A stretch of 63,359 nucleotides of DNA, counting the filler, from Neolecta irregularis DAH-3 (Eukaryota), in assembly GCA_001929475.1 (NCBI GenBank). It is 5 parts of 5 records of this genome, joined end to end, with 100 filler letters (N's around TTAATTAATTAA, not from the genome) between each part and the next. Parts side by side here need not be neighbours in the genome. Positions count along the whole stretch, not along the records: positions 12,162 to 40,406 come from LXFE01000714.1; 4 more parts are not named here. One strand, 5' to 3'. The position numbers were made by a program, and so were the translations under genes. Under the pieces are notes generated by a model. The model made no database searches, was not told the origin of the DNA, and worked only from the letters and a program-made list of their open reading frames with translations. This document shows positions 23,014 through 38,361 of the stretch, one piece after another (the stretch's first letter is position 1; every line of letters begins with the position of its first letter).

Positions 23014-23975
23014 ATGGACCTTGTCAACCATCTCTCAGACCGTCTCCTCTTTGCAATTCCCAAAAAGGGTCGTTTATATGCTAAAACGCTATCTTTATTG
23101 GCGGGTTCAGATCTATCGTTTCACAGAGACAATCGTCTTGATATCGCGCTCGTTAAAAATCTACCTATCGCGCTAGTATTCCTTCCTGCAGCGGATATTC
23201 CGCGATATGTTGGGGAAGGAAATGTTGACCTGGGGATTACCGGGCAGGATCAAATTTTAGAAAGCGAAATGAACGAAAAAGTCGAGGAGGTTCTAGGTTT
23301 GGGATTTGGCGATTGCAAATTACAGGTTCAGGTTCCAGAAAACGGGGTGATTACTGCTGTGGAACAACTGGTCGGAAAAAGGATTGTCACAAGTTTCGGA
23401 GTTCTGACAAAGAGATTCTTTGAAAATTGGGATCCCAATGGGTCAACAGCAATTAAGAATGCTAGCGGAAGTGTCGAGGCTGCGTGTGCTTTGGGATTAG
23501 CTGACGGAATTGTTGATCTTGTGGGTATGTCTCTTATCTTTGAATGTCAGTAATCCTTTTTTAAAGAATCGGGCGAAACAATGAAAGCAGCTGGATTAAA
23601 ACCAATTCATACTTTACTGACAACCACCGCTGTTCTGATTGCTTCGAAACATCCTCGGTTTGCGGATTTGCAGAAAACTATTATATCTAGGATCAGAGGA
23701 GTTATTGTTGCGAAACAGTATTGTCTCGTAACCTATAACATCGAGAGATCAATACTTTCCCAGGCCACAGCAATTACGCCTGGAAAGAGAGCGCCATCAA
23801 TTATCAGCCTTGATGCTCCAGGATGGGTTGCAGTTCAAGCTATGGTCCTGAAGAAGGAATGTGCTAAAAAGATGGATGAATTAGAAATAGTTGGAGCAGT
23901 GGTAGCTACCAAATTATTCATGCACTTACTTGTTAGGATATTCTGGTTGTTGGGATTGACAATAGTCGGGCATAA
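23014..23975 (+). CDS. HIS1: ATP phosphoribosyltransferase
   Basis: MDLVNHLSDRLLFAIPKKGRL, DLGITGQDQ, GSVEAACALGLADGIVDLV|ESGETM; two introns. Confidence 0.97.
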
Positions 23976-24289
23976 TGCCAAAAGCTTACTTATTAAATAA
24001 CAGGAAGAGTTGTTGAGCTCCTGTACCACTTACCGCTGGGATGGATCTTATTATATATACAACCCAGCTATAACCCCGTTTTTATCTTACTGTGAGATTC
24101 TTGTATCTTTTGCTACACTTCTTGCCCTATAGGCGAAATCGCATGAGTACCTACTTCAACTTTGCCCTGCGGAGCCCAAGAGTATCTCTAGGTCTTGGGG
24201 TGCAGTGCAGCAATGGGTACTCGGCAATAGCTTACAGATGTGTTGAACAAAAAGAGATACTGATTTTCTATCTAAGGGCCGGTTTAGGG

Positions 24290-24620
24290 TGCGATGGAAA
24301 GGGGAGGAGAGTGGATCGAAGGAGGAGAGGGGGGAACTCTGGGAGGGAGGATGCGGGAGATGTGGCTGGGACCGGGCAACGCGAACCCCACGGCAGCGCT
24401 CTTCGCAATGGCCAGCAGACGGAGGATGTCTGCGCGGGCGGGCGGGCGAGCGCGGATCGCGGCGGGGGAGATCACAGTCGTCGCGAGTCAGCAGGGCGGC
24501 GGATGGACGCGCAGCGTGGAGGGCGAAGGCAAACGGGATGCGGACAGGCAGTACAGTACAGCGGGAAGCCATCAAGGAGGGCGGTGATGGCGGAGCCGGA
24601 CTGGGAGGCCTTCGGTAGGG
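24290..24620. repeat. G-rich noncoding block, probable transposon remnant
   Basis: Strong G skew (gggcgggcggg...ggggg); overlapping ORFs have no recognisable protein character. Confidence 0.4.
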
Positions 24621-24663
24621 ACTTCTGCTCCATGTCTGGGATTTTTGACTGAATCCGGGGACT

Positions 24664-25117
24664 TCAACTCAAGTACAAGCTGGACTGACATCCCGGTACT
24701 GATTGTAAATAGAACAATTTGCATTGAGCTAGTAAGTTCCAGTGCCCCGATTGCCTTTTTCCCTGACTGTCCTTGTTGCATGCTAAAGGAGTGAGGTACA
24801 TTGAAGACATAATCTTAGTCTTCTCAATGTTTTCCTCTTTCTGAGATGCCTACATGGTTAATCAGCGGTAACTGGATTAATCCCTTGCGTTGACTTGCCC
24901 TCTTTCTGAAAAACATCAAATTGGATACTCATACATCCATATCAACGCGGCAAAGAGAGAATCATTCTGTAGATAATCGTTGTGCGAATGTGCCTGGACC
25001 TAATACTTCATCAGCAAATCCAGGGGTTGAGCCAATTTGTAAAGGCTTTTCGTCTGCAATTGAAGGCAATATCAAGGCCAAAAAAGCAATAAACCAGGAT
25101 CGATGGAAACGATCCAT
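24664..25117 (-). CDS. Putative small secreted protein, multi-exon; structure uncertain
   Basis: MDRFHRSWFIAFLALILPSIA|DEKP signal-like start; a downstream open exon of about 62 codons with 3 Cys follows a tag acceptor near 24850. Confidence 0.35.
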
Positions 25118-25644
25118 ACATGAGATGAAGGATAGGGTGTAGTGGTTATTTTACTACAAGTCGTGTGGACCAGGCACTGTTTGTTGAATTCAGGCCCTAT
25201 AGAGTTTGTCGCAGACAACTACTGAGCTGGATTGGCGGTTGGAGGAAGGGTTATAACTTAGCGAAGTGTTGCTTAACCCTAACCCGAGGACAGGAAGGGC
25301 GATAGCGGCCCAGCACAGCGGTCTGAGGGTGCAGCGGCACAGGGCCAGAGGCGCTGCTGCGGAGGGCCGTGATATATAAAACACAACACATTGGACCGCC
25401 GGCCATATGAACGCAAGCTCCATTGGATTCGGGCTTCGGCAACCAGATGAACTCGGAACAAGCACAAGGACTCGCCAGGTTATATTCATTCTGTTCCTAC
25501 AAGCAAAAACTCCCAGCAATGTACAACGCTGTAGCCTTTATTTTTATACAAGAAAATTCTCTTCATCTGGGTCAAAACTTGTCTCTTCCTTTCTGTCACC
25601 TCAAGGTCTCTAATTCTCGCACGTGCAGGGAACACGCAATTTCC

Positions 25645-26115
25645 CTACTGTCCCACGATAGTCATCTGCGTAGGACAACCGTCGTTTGATTGGTAATGAG
25701 AAATCTTGCCATCAATACACAAATAGAATATATATTTCGACTGAAACTCCAGCAGAAGGCCTTTTATGGACCACCGCCCAGAAGCATCTGCGGCGCCATG
25801 GGTGAAATGAAAGGTGCCATCGCTCTTAGCATGAGCCACAAGGTTTCCCTGGAATAAAACTCCTTCTTGAGAAATCTCCAATGTAAGCGCACTAGGAACC
25901 GATTCACGAGCGACGAGAAAACCATTCTCGAGCAACATCCCGTAGTAATGACCGGAATTGAGGCGGGCTTTAAAATTCTTCGATGTTACTATTCCCATTG
26001 GTTCGATGTCTTGTTCTTGTGAATCGATGTCTTGTGCCTTCGGTTGGATGACTTGACCGGCACAAAGCGTTAACGAGAAGCCAGCGAGAAAAGCGAGAAA
26101 AGTGAGAAAATTCAT
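25645..26115 (-). CDS. Secreted cell-wall protein resembling the Cwp1/Pir/PhiA-type beta-rich domain, 156 aa
   Basis: Signal peptide MNFLTFLAFLAGFSLTLCAG; C-terminal WSI...L.....FYLC...I......C pattern. Confidence 0.65.
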   Translation of the reverse strand: MNFLTFLAFLAGFSLTLCAGQVIQPKAQDIDSQEQDIEPMGIVTSKNFKARLNSGHYYGMLLENGFLVARESVPSALTLEISQEGVLFQGNLVAHAKSDGTFHFTHGAADASGRWSIKGLLLEFQSKYIFYLCIDGKISHYQSNDGCPTQMTIVGQ

Positions 26116-26447
26116 TGAGAATACAGAATTCTTGTGCGAAGGACAGTGGTCTTATACTTTTCCCCAAAAGTTCTAAATTCGTCGACGTTTGCAAGTCATC
26201 GAGCTTCCAGGGAAGCGTATAACGTGTAAAACGCTACCCTTCAGTTAGCGTTGTAAAATATCATGCCATGCTCAACTAGAATACACATGATGTCATGAAC
26301 TATTGTGCCTAAAGCTCACGACCCATGTTGCAGATCAGAGAGAGCAACCTGGAGACGCTAATGAATCACTAGGCAGAAATTGGGGCTTAGCAAAGATCTT
26401 TTACTTTTTTTCTAAATTTGCTTTCGTTGGCGCAAGAGGAGGTCTTA

Positions 26448-26630
26448 TGTAAGCTTTGATACTTCGGAGTATAAATAAGACCAGGTTTATAGTACTAGCC
26501 TAAGTGTTGTATCTCAGGCTAGGTATTCTAATTACATCAAGTTGATATCCGGCCATGAAGGCCGCAATATGATTACACGCCTCTTGCCGTATTGGTAAGG
26601 TGTACCTGGAGGGTACATTCTTACATCTTG
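26448..26630. mobile_element. Degenerate short dispersed hairpin repeat, copy 2
   Basis: tgtaagct...ataagaccagg, ctagcctaagt...aggctagg, gccgcaatatga and gtaagg...ttac blocks. Confidence 0.6.
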
Positions 26631-28062
26631 TCTCTGCCGGAGGTACTTCGTAAACTGTTTTTCCTGTTTTCCTTTTTCGCCTGAATAATTATGAATATTG
26701 AAGAGAGCAGAATCCAGTCACTAGACGTAGCACTCTCTCAATTAACGTGAACTCCTTTTAAGTTACATACCACGCACTTCCTGAGATAGCCTACCAGAGC
26801 TAAGGCCTGGAATGGTCATCGACTATTTTCTTACCTGGGCCAAAATGGGTTGACTGGAAGGCGTCATTTAGAAATAACCCCTTTTTCATGTTCTCTTCAC
26901 TTTTCGCATATGTTCTATTAATGGGATGTTGAAGCGCTGCTACATTCTCGCTAACTGGCCGTCGGATAATGAGCCTGTCGTAAAGAAATGCTAAACTGAG
27001 GATTTTCGCCTAATACGACAGACACTATCTGGATTCCTCACTCAAGCTCCCTCCTCCCCTTACTCTCCATGATCTTTATTATCACCAATCTCACTTACAA
27101 TTCACTATCCTATCTATTTTGGCGCGGTTCTGCTTCCAACGTCGGTTTTCTGTCTTCTCAAGAGTATCTTCGTACCGGGAGTATGGGGCGTGCTGAAGAG
27201 TCACCGTATGTAAACGGGGCTTAGCTTAGCTTTTCCTTTTTTTCACCTACGAAGTATGTTGTGTTCTGCAAGTATATAGATTAGTCCCCTGCCCCTCTTG
27301 CTACATAACAAAATATCAAAGATCAAAAAGAAGAACCTTAAGAAGCCTACCTGCTACTACCCACCCATTTTACAACAATCAACATTCACTCCATCTCCGT
27401 CCTTTTCACGACTTTAACCCTTGCGACGGATTCTGCGCGACAAGCCCAAATCTCTTAAAGTCTGTACTGTGATTGTTCACAAAGACTCTACCCCACCATC
27501 AACCTCAAATAGCGCCAATCTATTCTTTACTACATCCGCCAACCTAATTTTACTACATCCCGCCAAAACCTGCGTGTTATTGCAAGCCTAGTTAGATCAT
27601 TTGCTTGGTAGATCTGATGGTAAAACGCCGAATATCCAGCACCATTCTTTTCGTTTCATTTTCCAAGAGTTTGACACACGCAGGTTGCTACTGTGGGAAG
27701 TATCAGAGTTCTGTCTGCCTTTGATGATGCGTAGAACAGAAGCGGGGCGAGCTATGTTCCTCTATTTGGAAGAGCAGAAAAGGACGTAGCTATGTATCTC
27801 AGAGCAGGGTTTCCTCCACGTCGGCAAAGTTAAAATAAGCAATAAAAACGGAAACAGGGAATCCCCAACCCATGGAAGCTACCTAGCGACTACTCAGGCG
27901 TCCGCATACTCTGGACGATTGACATATCTAGTGAACAAAATAATAGGGACATGTGAACCTCCCTAATTTGCATCATGCCTGTTTAACCTCCGTCATTCTT
28001 CGCAGACTAAATTTCGACTTTTACGAAGCTTAAATATTTTGGGTCATCCCCCTCTCCACCCA

Positions 28063-28145
28063 ATGGTCCACAAATTCCAATCCCATGGTCCACAAATTTC
28101 AATCCCATGGTCCACAAATTTCAATCCCATGGTCCGCTAATTTCC
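28063..28145. repeat. 22-bp tandem repeat, about 3.7 units
   Basis: Unit atggtccacaaattYcaatccc. Confidence 0.9.
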
Positions 28146-28926
28146 ATACCTGGTAATCCTGCAATGAATACAACTGACAATTGCCCACATTCTTAATCTT
28201 GTTTCTGTGGCTCGTTTTCTTCTCCGGTATATTCTCTAGGGAAACACTTCTAGGAAGCCTATTGTCAGAAATCAAAATATGACCATGGTTTGGTTCAGTC
28301 TTACCTTGTCTTCGTACCTAGTGTCCAACTATATATCTATGTTTGCATATCATGGTACAGGCAAATCTATATAACGGGTTTGCAAAAAGTGAGATTAACT
28401 GACGATGCACTTAAAGAATGAATATTGCTCCTAGTAGGGTTTCATAGTGACCAAATGATACTAGGCTCCAATCGCAGGGTAGCTGCACCAAACACCAAAA
28501 AAACCAGCGAAAAAATCGAGAATGCCATTTCCACTAAATCTAATCGTACAAAAAGAGCCATGATCCCAAGAAACAAAACCCATAGTGAAAAAAACCCACA
28601 AAGAAACATTTTTTGGGTAGCAACATGAAAAGAAATCAAGCGCATCAGACAATCTATGATATGAAAGAAATGGGAGTAAAACAGATATTTTAAGAAATAA
28701 AATGCGCATACGTTTTCTCTCTCTAAAAATGTTCCTTCTCTAAGGACGATCGATTTCGTCTGACAGTAAGCTTCGGATTTCTTGTGTATCTTTTCGTAAA
28801 ATGCATTCAACGGAAATGGCGCGGTAAAAGTTGGAAGGAAAGAAAAACTATTGCAGGCGTGAAGGCACTGCTTAATGATGAACGAGATAAAGCGAAAGCG
28901 GACCAGCGAAGACAATGGCAAGATGT

Positions 28927-30971
<2,045 letters not shown>

Positions 30972-31154
30972 GATGTGAAAAGGAAGAAAAAGGCAAGGAG
31001 ATGGTTGAAGTTAGAAATTTGGTGGTGAGTTTCCCCTTTTGAGTTTTCTGTGGCGATTTCAAGACTTTTTCTGTTTCATAGCTGTTCGGCAATCGGCAAA
31101 AGTGCGAAGCATAGCTTGACATTTTATTCAATCGAAACCTTCAAATTCGCCTTC

Positions 31155-32415
31155 CTATCTTTTCTTTGCCTCTCTTCCACCCTGCTCTCTAAATCCCTGT
31201 CGATTTGCCGAGAGCAAAATAGATTCCACCTGTTCAACCACAGGATCAATAATACTCAGACACGTCAGACGTGCCAATGTCTCGTGTTTGCCAAGTAATT
31301 TCTGCGCGTTTATGTCCCATATCGTGATATCTCCACTAGAGGTTGCAGTCACGAGGAAATCTACTTCAAGCACTCGTACAATACCAAATGTTTTGACTCT
31401 TAAGGTTAGTTTAAATCTGCAAGGCAAATACCTACCGAGAACTATGCCCTGAAAATTCAAGAAGAAGCTTCCCGTTTTTGGAATTGTACATTTTGACTGA
31501 CCTGTCTTCACACGCTACCAAGATAACTTCTCCATGGTTAATGTGGTTGTAGTACTCCATCGCATGAAGTCTAGTATTCGTGTCAATTTCGAGTACCTTT
31601 AGTATTTCCTGAAGATTTACCCAAGCAGAGAAACGTGGGCAAACCATATTATACACGGCTACCTTTCCAATAGACATGAGGGCAAATTTATCACCTTCCC
31701 TGTTCCACTTCACACACAGTCCCTCTAACAATTAGGTTGAAGCTCAAATTTCAAACGTACCATATTCAATCTTCTGAACATTAGCCTTCCTACCAGTCAT
31801 CATGTTCCAAAGCCGCATTGTCCGGTCTCTTCCAACGCTCAGCGCAATTTTCCCGGATGGATGAATGGCAACATCGTTCACTGATCCTTTGTGGCCCTTC
31901 AGGATTTCTTGTGGATCCCAATTTTTCGTCGACCAAATGATCATTTTGCCGTCTTCACTAGTAGATAACATATGACCGCGAAATGGAAAGTATATGGACG
32001 TAATCGCCCCGGAATGTGATATGAGCGACCCAAGATCTTTGCGTTTCTTCAAGTCATGTAGTCTATAACAATAAGTTGCAGCCTAGGGAAGATTTACTTG
32101 ATAATTTCATCGGATCCACCTGTTGCTAGATATCGACCTTTTGCGGCTACACATTTGATCGGTCCAAGATGCGCAGAAAAAATGAACACTGGGAGAAATA
32201 CTGTTGATTTCTATCTTGGTTTAGTATCCAACTCCATTAGTAAGTGATACGCCATCCACAATTTTCACATCATAACCATGTAAAACTCGTTCATAGCATC
32301 CTGTCACTACACGAAACGTATCACCAGCTATGGATAATGGTATTTCAGGATGAGACGTCGAAATTTCTGTTTCCCCGTCCTGATTCGAACGTTCAAGTTT
32401 CCTTTTTGTTCCCAT
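31155..32415 (-). CDS. MAK11: WD40 60S biogenesis factor Mak11/PAK1IP1
   Basis: FRVVTGCYERVLHG, FIFSAHLG, LKGHKGSVNDVAIHPSGKIALSVGRD.TMRLWNMMTGRK and RLTCL. C-terminus may instead end at 31124. Confidence 0.9.
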
Positions 32416-32803
32416 CAATAAAAGTCGCCAACTATGCCGGGTCGGTTACGGAATTCCTCAAAATAAAAATCGCCCAATTCACCACCATATTTTAATTGCA
32501 AAACGTCCCACCAGGCACTCTATTAAGAAGAAAACAAAATTCACCTTTAATGAATTGGAGTACAAAATTTTCCATATCCCATGTATTTGGAATTGAATTT
32601 TGCCGGTTCATTCATGGGAGAGCTTACCCCGCCCGAAATATTGTTAGACTTCAACCCCCAATTTACAGGCCATCTCGAACTTTCCCTGTCTGACCCCAGT
32701 ATCCCCGAAATTTTAGCCGGAGGCCTTTTCTCTTAGCGTCAAATCTGGCTCTGCGTAATAAACAGCCTTTTCGTGTTTCAAAAGCCTACGTTGGCCGAGT
32801 AAG

Positions 32804-35329
32804 ATGAAATCAAAGACATTCTCCGAACATTCACAGGAAGTCGACGATGCAACCCAATCTTTGAGAAAGCAAGTCATCTTCATATTCAGCAAGTTGAATT
32901 AATCTTGTAGCTGTGAGTTAGATACGAAATGTGATCGAGTACAATCTTTATTAGCAGCACGAAAGGAGCTTCTTGAACGACTTTATCAGATCACTAAGAA
33001 CCTTGAGCTTCCGCCGGATTTTTCACCTGAAGTGATTAGTAGACAGAAACACCAGATGCGAGAGTACCTGATGCGTAATGATCTTGAAAGGTACATCCAC
33101 TTATCTATCTTGCTCATAGCATCAGTGGTCATCGTTTTACAGCTGCCTCTTTACCGGAGGTGCTCAATCTTGTTGCAGCGGAAGCTTTTCCAGGGCGCCT
33201 CCCATCAGTTGAGGCACGTCATCCAAAAACTACTAGTTCTAAGTTTATAGAAACCAATTGAATTGTCAAGACCATCATATAAAATAATCGTCCATGATCG
33301 CCCAAGCTCGCTTACAGATCTGCAATCCACACTTTCAACAACAATCTTTATCGCCAAGCGTGATCCAATGAACCGCCTCATTGACTCCGGCCGCAAAGTT
33401 CTCACAACCGAGCAACATTACGCCAATTATCGAGAGATGAAAGCTATTATCGCTTATGATAAAATCTCCAGATTGAAAGGCTCTAATAGTTGGAGTCACC
33501 GGCAACCTAAACGATTTATAGAACCACCTAGATCAAAGGTTCATTGGGACTTCATGATGGATGAGGCCAAATGGCTGTATTTAGACTTCAAAGGGGAAAA
33601 AAGAGACAAACAAACTCTGGCACGTTTCTTCGCTTGTAAATGTGTAGAATGGCATCAAACGAGCGATAGATCATCCTTATCTATTAAAGTAATCATTTCC
33701 TTGTGTGGAAGAGTCAGTTTACCTATAGATCCAACACCCTCGTTATATTGAGCTGATTAACTACAATAATCCACCTGATCAATACGATACAGATATGGAA
33801 GATGTTATCCTTGCCTGTCCAAAAGATGAACAGAAGCCATTACCATCTCCGCAGACTGATGAGTTCCTAACTCCTTCCGCGCAAACGCCGTCGCCTTTAA
33901 CTGCACATTACGTCAATCCAATGGATCTGTACAATGAATTAGAAAGGATTCCGCTCTATGCACCTCCGGACTATAATGTCATCGAACCATACGAAAATAT
34001 TCTAGATGAACAAGAGATCGTTCCGATGATGCCCTTGGCTGACCAGAATCTTGATATTCAATCCACGCACAATATTTTCATGTCCCATACGTCAGAAATG
34101 ATCCTTGAATCTGTCCGAGAAAATCCCAACGCAACATATCAAACTCAACCAACAAACCAAATACGAAGGAAAAATTCCTCCGGGGTGACTGCTGTTCGTC
34201 CACCTGATCCACCTCGACAAGCAAATCCTACACCGACATACTGGACATACGAAGAAGATGAACATCTCATAAATCTTGTTCGAGAATATAATTCAAACTG
34301 GGAGTTGATCTCGTCCATATTATCGCCGAGTTCACAAATGAAATCGCCTACGTCAAGAAGATCTCCCTGGGATTGTTTTGAACGTTGGATGATGATTGAT
34401 CATATGGCTCCTTCGGCACCGCTCACTGGCTCTCATTTACGTCTTGTGAACGCTCGTCTTTACCCGCCTGATGGACAAGTTCCACCTCTCCAGAAACGCA
34501 AAGAGATGTACAAACGGCCACCAAATCGGCTTGAATCGCACCCAAGACGCTGTCTGGCGGTGTTAGAAGGAGTTAAAAGGGCGATTAAAAAGAGGGAAGT
34601 TGTAGCGAGTAACAAGGCTTCGCAGGGTAGTATCCTATGTTGATTTTGCTAATGATTTATAAGTCAAGAGTCGTACACTTGAAAAGGTTCAAGCGGAGTC
34701 AGCGGCTCAGAAAACGAATATTCCTTCGCCGCTGGATCTTTCAAGACTAAAAGCTGATCGAGATGCTCAGTACGCTCAACAAATAACTTTACGAAGAGAC
34801 CAAATGATGGCTCAACTTCAGGCGCGGATGGTAGTATTACCCCTACATGATTTCTCTGATGACGAAGCAAATCCCACCGAACTGGAACCAACTGACTCCG
34901 GAACAACAAGGAAATATCCAACTCCAGCGGCTAGCAACTCAAAACCAGATCCAGCAACTGCAAAGGATGAGCCCATCTCTCCGTCCACCACCTCCGATAA
35001 CAGCCCGTCCGCCTTCGCAACCACAGCAACAGTCCCCTTTTCGTCCAGCTTTAACACCTCAAATATCTCCCCACGGTTCACCAGGAACTCCAGTCCCTCG
35101 GCTTCAAATAGGTGCTGCTCGAAATGGTGTGTCAACGCTAAGTGCGACTGACCCAAGATTAGCCGGCCTCGCTCAGCATATGCGATCTACACCAACTCGG
35201 CCAACACCAGAAGAGATTCAGAGATTTGTCGATGGACAAGTGAAAAACGGCGACTTTATCAATATAGCGAGGAATGCACAGGGCAGTCCGCTTCAGAGCT
35301 CTCCATCCAATCGAATTGAAAGTGCATGA
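32804..35329 (+). CDS. EAF1: NuA4 scaffold Eaf1/Vid21 (HSA and SANT/Myb domains)
   Basis: WSHRQPKRFIEPPRSKVHWDFMMDEAKWL; YWTYEEDEHL...NWELIS...RRSPWDCFERW; Q/P-rich tail. Confidence 0.9.
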
Positions 35330-35784
35330 TACCCTCTTTTGGACTGAATGAAATGTTCAAGGCTTCATTGTTTTCATGTTTTCTAATTCTGCTGGTTAGT
35401 TTTTGCAGGCATTTATTTATACCGGATTCACTATCAGTTACGTTCATTGCCATTGTTGTTTTCTTGATGTATATTATGTTCGAGTAGGTCGTTGGTATAT
35501 CAGATTTTGGATTTCATTCAGGTCATATGTATTGGTATTTCCACCGACTTCGTAGTGATTTTCGCTTCATTCTATAGAGATTTGTAGTGCGCAATTGGAA
35601 AAATACCCTTTCATTTCTTGTTTTGGGCAATGGAACAGGTCAATGACACTCATTTAAGAAAAAGATTGCCCAATTCTCGAGGGCGATAATTATTGTGAAC
35701 AACCGTTGCCTGCGAAAATGATATCAAGCTGTCTCGTCTTCAAATTACCGGATCTGGATACAACGAACGAATGGACCGACGTGC

Positions 35785-36741
35785 ATGGGTCAAAGCATTC
35801 TTTCTTGCATTCGAGATATTCAGATTATTCGGAACTGTAAAGGAAAAACAGAAATGTCAATATTTCATCAGGGGCGTTTTCAAACCGTTGAAGACAGAAA
35901 CTATTCCACATCTTGTCAAGCGTACGGTGAAATGAGTCTTCGTAGCCCCTGGAATCTCGAATCGACCTCACCCATCATTGCAGGACTACTCCTTTGTGGT
36001 ATTGCTGCTACGTAACTAGCAGCGATGAACACTCAGTCTTTGGAACTAAGGACAGAGCAAATAGATCGGTGTTTACAATATCAATACAACCCAAGCCTTT
36101 CTGAATCGCCTTTCCCCCAGTTTCAGATCCTCAGCATACTGGCCGAACTTGGCATCAGGGATTGCAACTATTTGCTGCAAGACTCGTGGAAGGTCATGTC
36201 ATCTGGTATGGCTTGAAAGCACTCTGGCACTCACCTGACAGAGGCGGTCGAAGAATTACGATCTCATCTTGAACTACTATCATATCAACACATTATTGCG
36301 AAGAATGGCCTTGTAAGGATGATTAAAAGCGCCTTCTTGGGTCATGATATCCCTACCACCACTCCACGAAGATTGAAGGATGGAAATTATTTGTCGAGTC
36401 GAGAGGAGGAAGATATAGTGCAAAGATTTCTCAAGAACGACATGTCCCAACTCCGAAAATACCTTGAAAGTCTTGATTGGTCGAAAGAACAATATGAATT
36501 TGAGAAGCGAATAGCCTCGTTTGAGTTAAAGGCCGAATCAATGGCTTATTCTCCACATTATTTCCGTAAACTGACGACATTCCCATTGAAGTTGTTTGTC
36601 CCTCATCTCTCACTATTACAACTAATTCGACAAGCAAGGGTAGATGTGTACAATCGTCGTCAAACACAACTACCGAAAGATATTCTTCCTATGTCAAATT
36701 ATCGCTTACACCTACTCAATTGCCTGCGAACTTTCAGTTAG
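35785..36741 (+). CDS. Lineage-specific hypothetical protein or pseudogene
   Basis: Three ORFs in one frame. A 36-nt intron 36206-36241 removes one stop; the TAA at 36013 is unexplained. Confidence 0.35.
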
Positions 36742-37327
36742 TTCGACGACGTCAAGGGAAACCAGTACCAATTTTAATACCGGGAAGGGCAGAGATAGAT
36801 AGGCGACAAATCAATTTTGTCAATCAGCTGTATAGAAAACGGTTGATATTGGCTAAGAGAAGGCAAAGTCCAGGATTTCATTAAATTTGGTGATGTTGGA
36901 TGTATTAAATGCTGAATCACAGGCAACAACGTCAATATATTATTCCTCTTTTAAAGTTTCTTGAATATCTGTTTCAGTGGGCAACTGTACAGTTGTACTC
37001 CATAAAATATGTAGTTATATAGGCTTGGAAAATTGTCTGAAACAAGAAATTTCAGGTAGAAGACGATAGTACCAGGCTGGATTTTATGGAAGATGAGATT
37101 TTAGTTTTTTGCTAGAACTAACAACTATTCTAAAGCAACTTTTTTATTTCTGCTGTATTATAATGTTTTAGTTGTTCTATAGACATTAGATATCTGACCC
37201 AGCTTACTGGAATGTACATAAGTTCTAATTGTATTACATAGGCTCAAGATAATTGAACACTATATATGATGATATTCTGAAACTTTTCTCTTACCAATAA
37301 GGCCCTTGACCAGTAAGGTGGTACATG

Positions 37328-37484
37328 TAGTCGAACCTGGCTATAACGAAGTGACTTAGTAGCGTGTTCAGTTCGTTAGAAGGAAGATTCGTGGTATATG
37401 ACAGCAAAATACATTGGCAGACGGTTGGATTCATTATAAGGAGGAATTCGTTATACAGAGGTTCCCAATAGCCAGGGTTGGCTG
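37328..37484. mobile_element. pogo/Tc1-mariner-type MITE
   Basis: Degenerate TIRs tagtcgaacctggctata / atagccagggttggctg, internal ataacgaa/ttcgttat motifs, TA at the right flank. Confidence 0.7.
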
Positions 37485-37965
37485 TATCTCTATTTTCTGT
37501 ATAGAATCTGATGGTTTGTATGTTGTGCTTAGGTTTTCTCCAAAGTGCTATGTCATTGCATTTTGAAACCTCGAAGAATGCAACATATATAAAAGTGTGG
37601 ATTTGGTGCTGAAATCTGGGGATCTTTTGTCACTGATATCTCGAGGTTGAGTATATGTATCAATGATCAAAGTTGAAAATCAGACAGAACTGTCTGGAAC
37701 GAACCTGGAACGCTAATCCGTGCCCAATCGCGATTGAGTGCAGGTCCCTGGAACTAATCACCGGCCCCTTTTCTTCCAAATCGTCTATAATTAAGAACGC
37801 CAATTCTGGCTCAATCTTCTCTAACTCGAAATATACATTTATCTCAGAAGGAAAAACCTCCTGAACGCGATTATCAATATCTTCGTTCCCTTTCGCCGCT
37901 CTTTGTCATAGTTCAGCTATAAAACGACGGGGTACTGCCCGAGGAGAACTTCAGAAATAACAACT

Positions 37966-38361
37966 ATGGGATTAGAAGTATTCAGCGCGGCTACCTCTGA
38001 AGTCGTTTCCATTATTCCACAACGCGCTGCATGGCTTATAACAATATCCGCCTCCAAACAGATAGTTGCCGATAAAATATCGCACCTGCAAGCGCTACCC
38101 TTGCAAGCTCGATGTCAGCGTCTCGGAAGCTATTCGTTCAACGATGTCATCAGCGGTTATTGTTATTGCGCAGAGAAGCTCGATAATTCGAGACGATTGA
38201 TAGAAAATATACCAGGTGACCGCATTGACTCGTCGAGTATGGATCGTCTGGAACGCGAAGTCGGGGAGACCCGTGAAGAAATCCGAACCTGGGAAGGTCG
38301 GATGGATCACATGTTGGAGGTTCTGAATACCAGTTTAGGACGGATACCAGACGGACAATGA
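37966..38361 (+). CDS. 131-aa predicted all-helical hypothetical protein
   Basis: Intact ATG-TGA ORF with TATAAAA about 45 bp upstream; amphipathic and coiled-coil pattern. Confidence 0.6.
   Translation: MGLEVFSAATSEVVSIIPQRAAWLITISASKQIVADKISHLQALPLQARCQRLGSYSFNDVISGYCYCAEKLDNSRRLIENIPGDRIDSSSMDRLEREVGETREEIRTWEGRMDHMLEVLNTSLGRIPDGQ

Noticed and set aside
10107-23975. Functional clustering of GCN4, eIF2-gamma and HIS1 (general amino-acid control)
   Set aside because: GCN4 is separated from the other two by a linker, unrelated genes intervene, and I saw no perfect TGACTCA upstream of HIS1; probably coincidence.
24092-24652. Several overlapping 60-190-aa ORFs in GC-rich blocks (also 7426-7656, 8137-8562, 11293-11868 antisense)
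   Set aside because: Low stop frequency in GC-rich repeats or antisense shadows of real genes; Arg/Gly/Pro-biased with no motifs.
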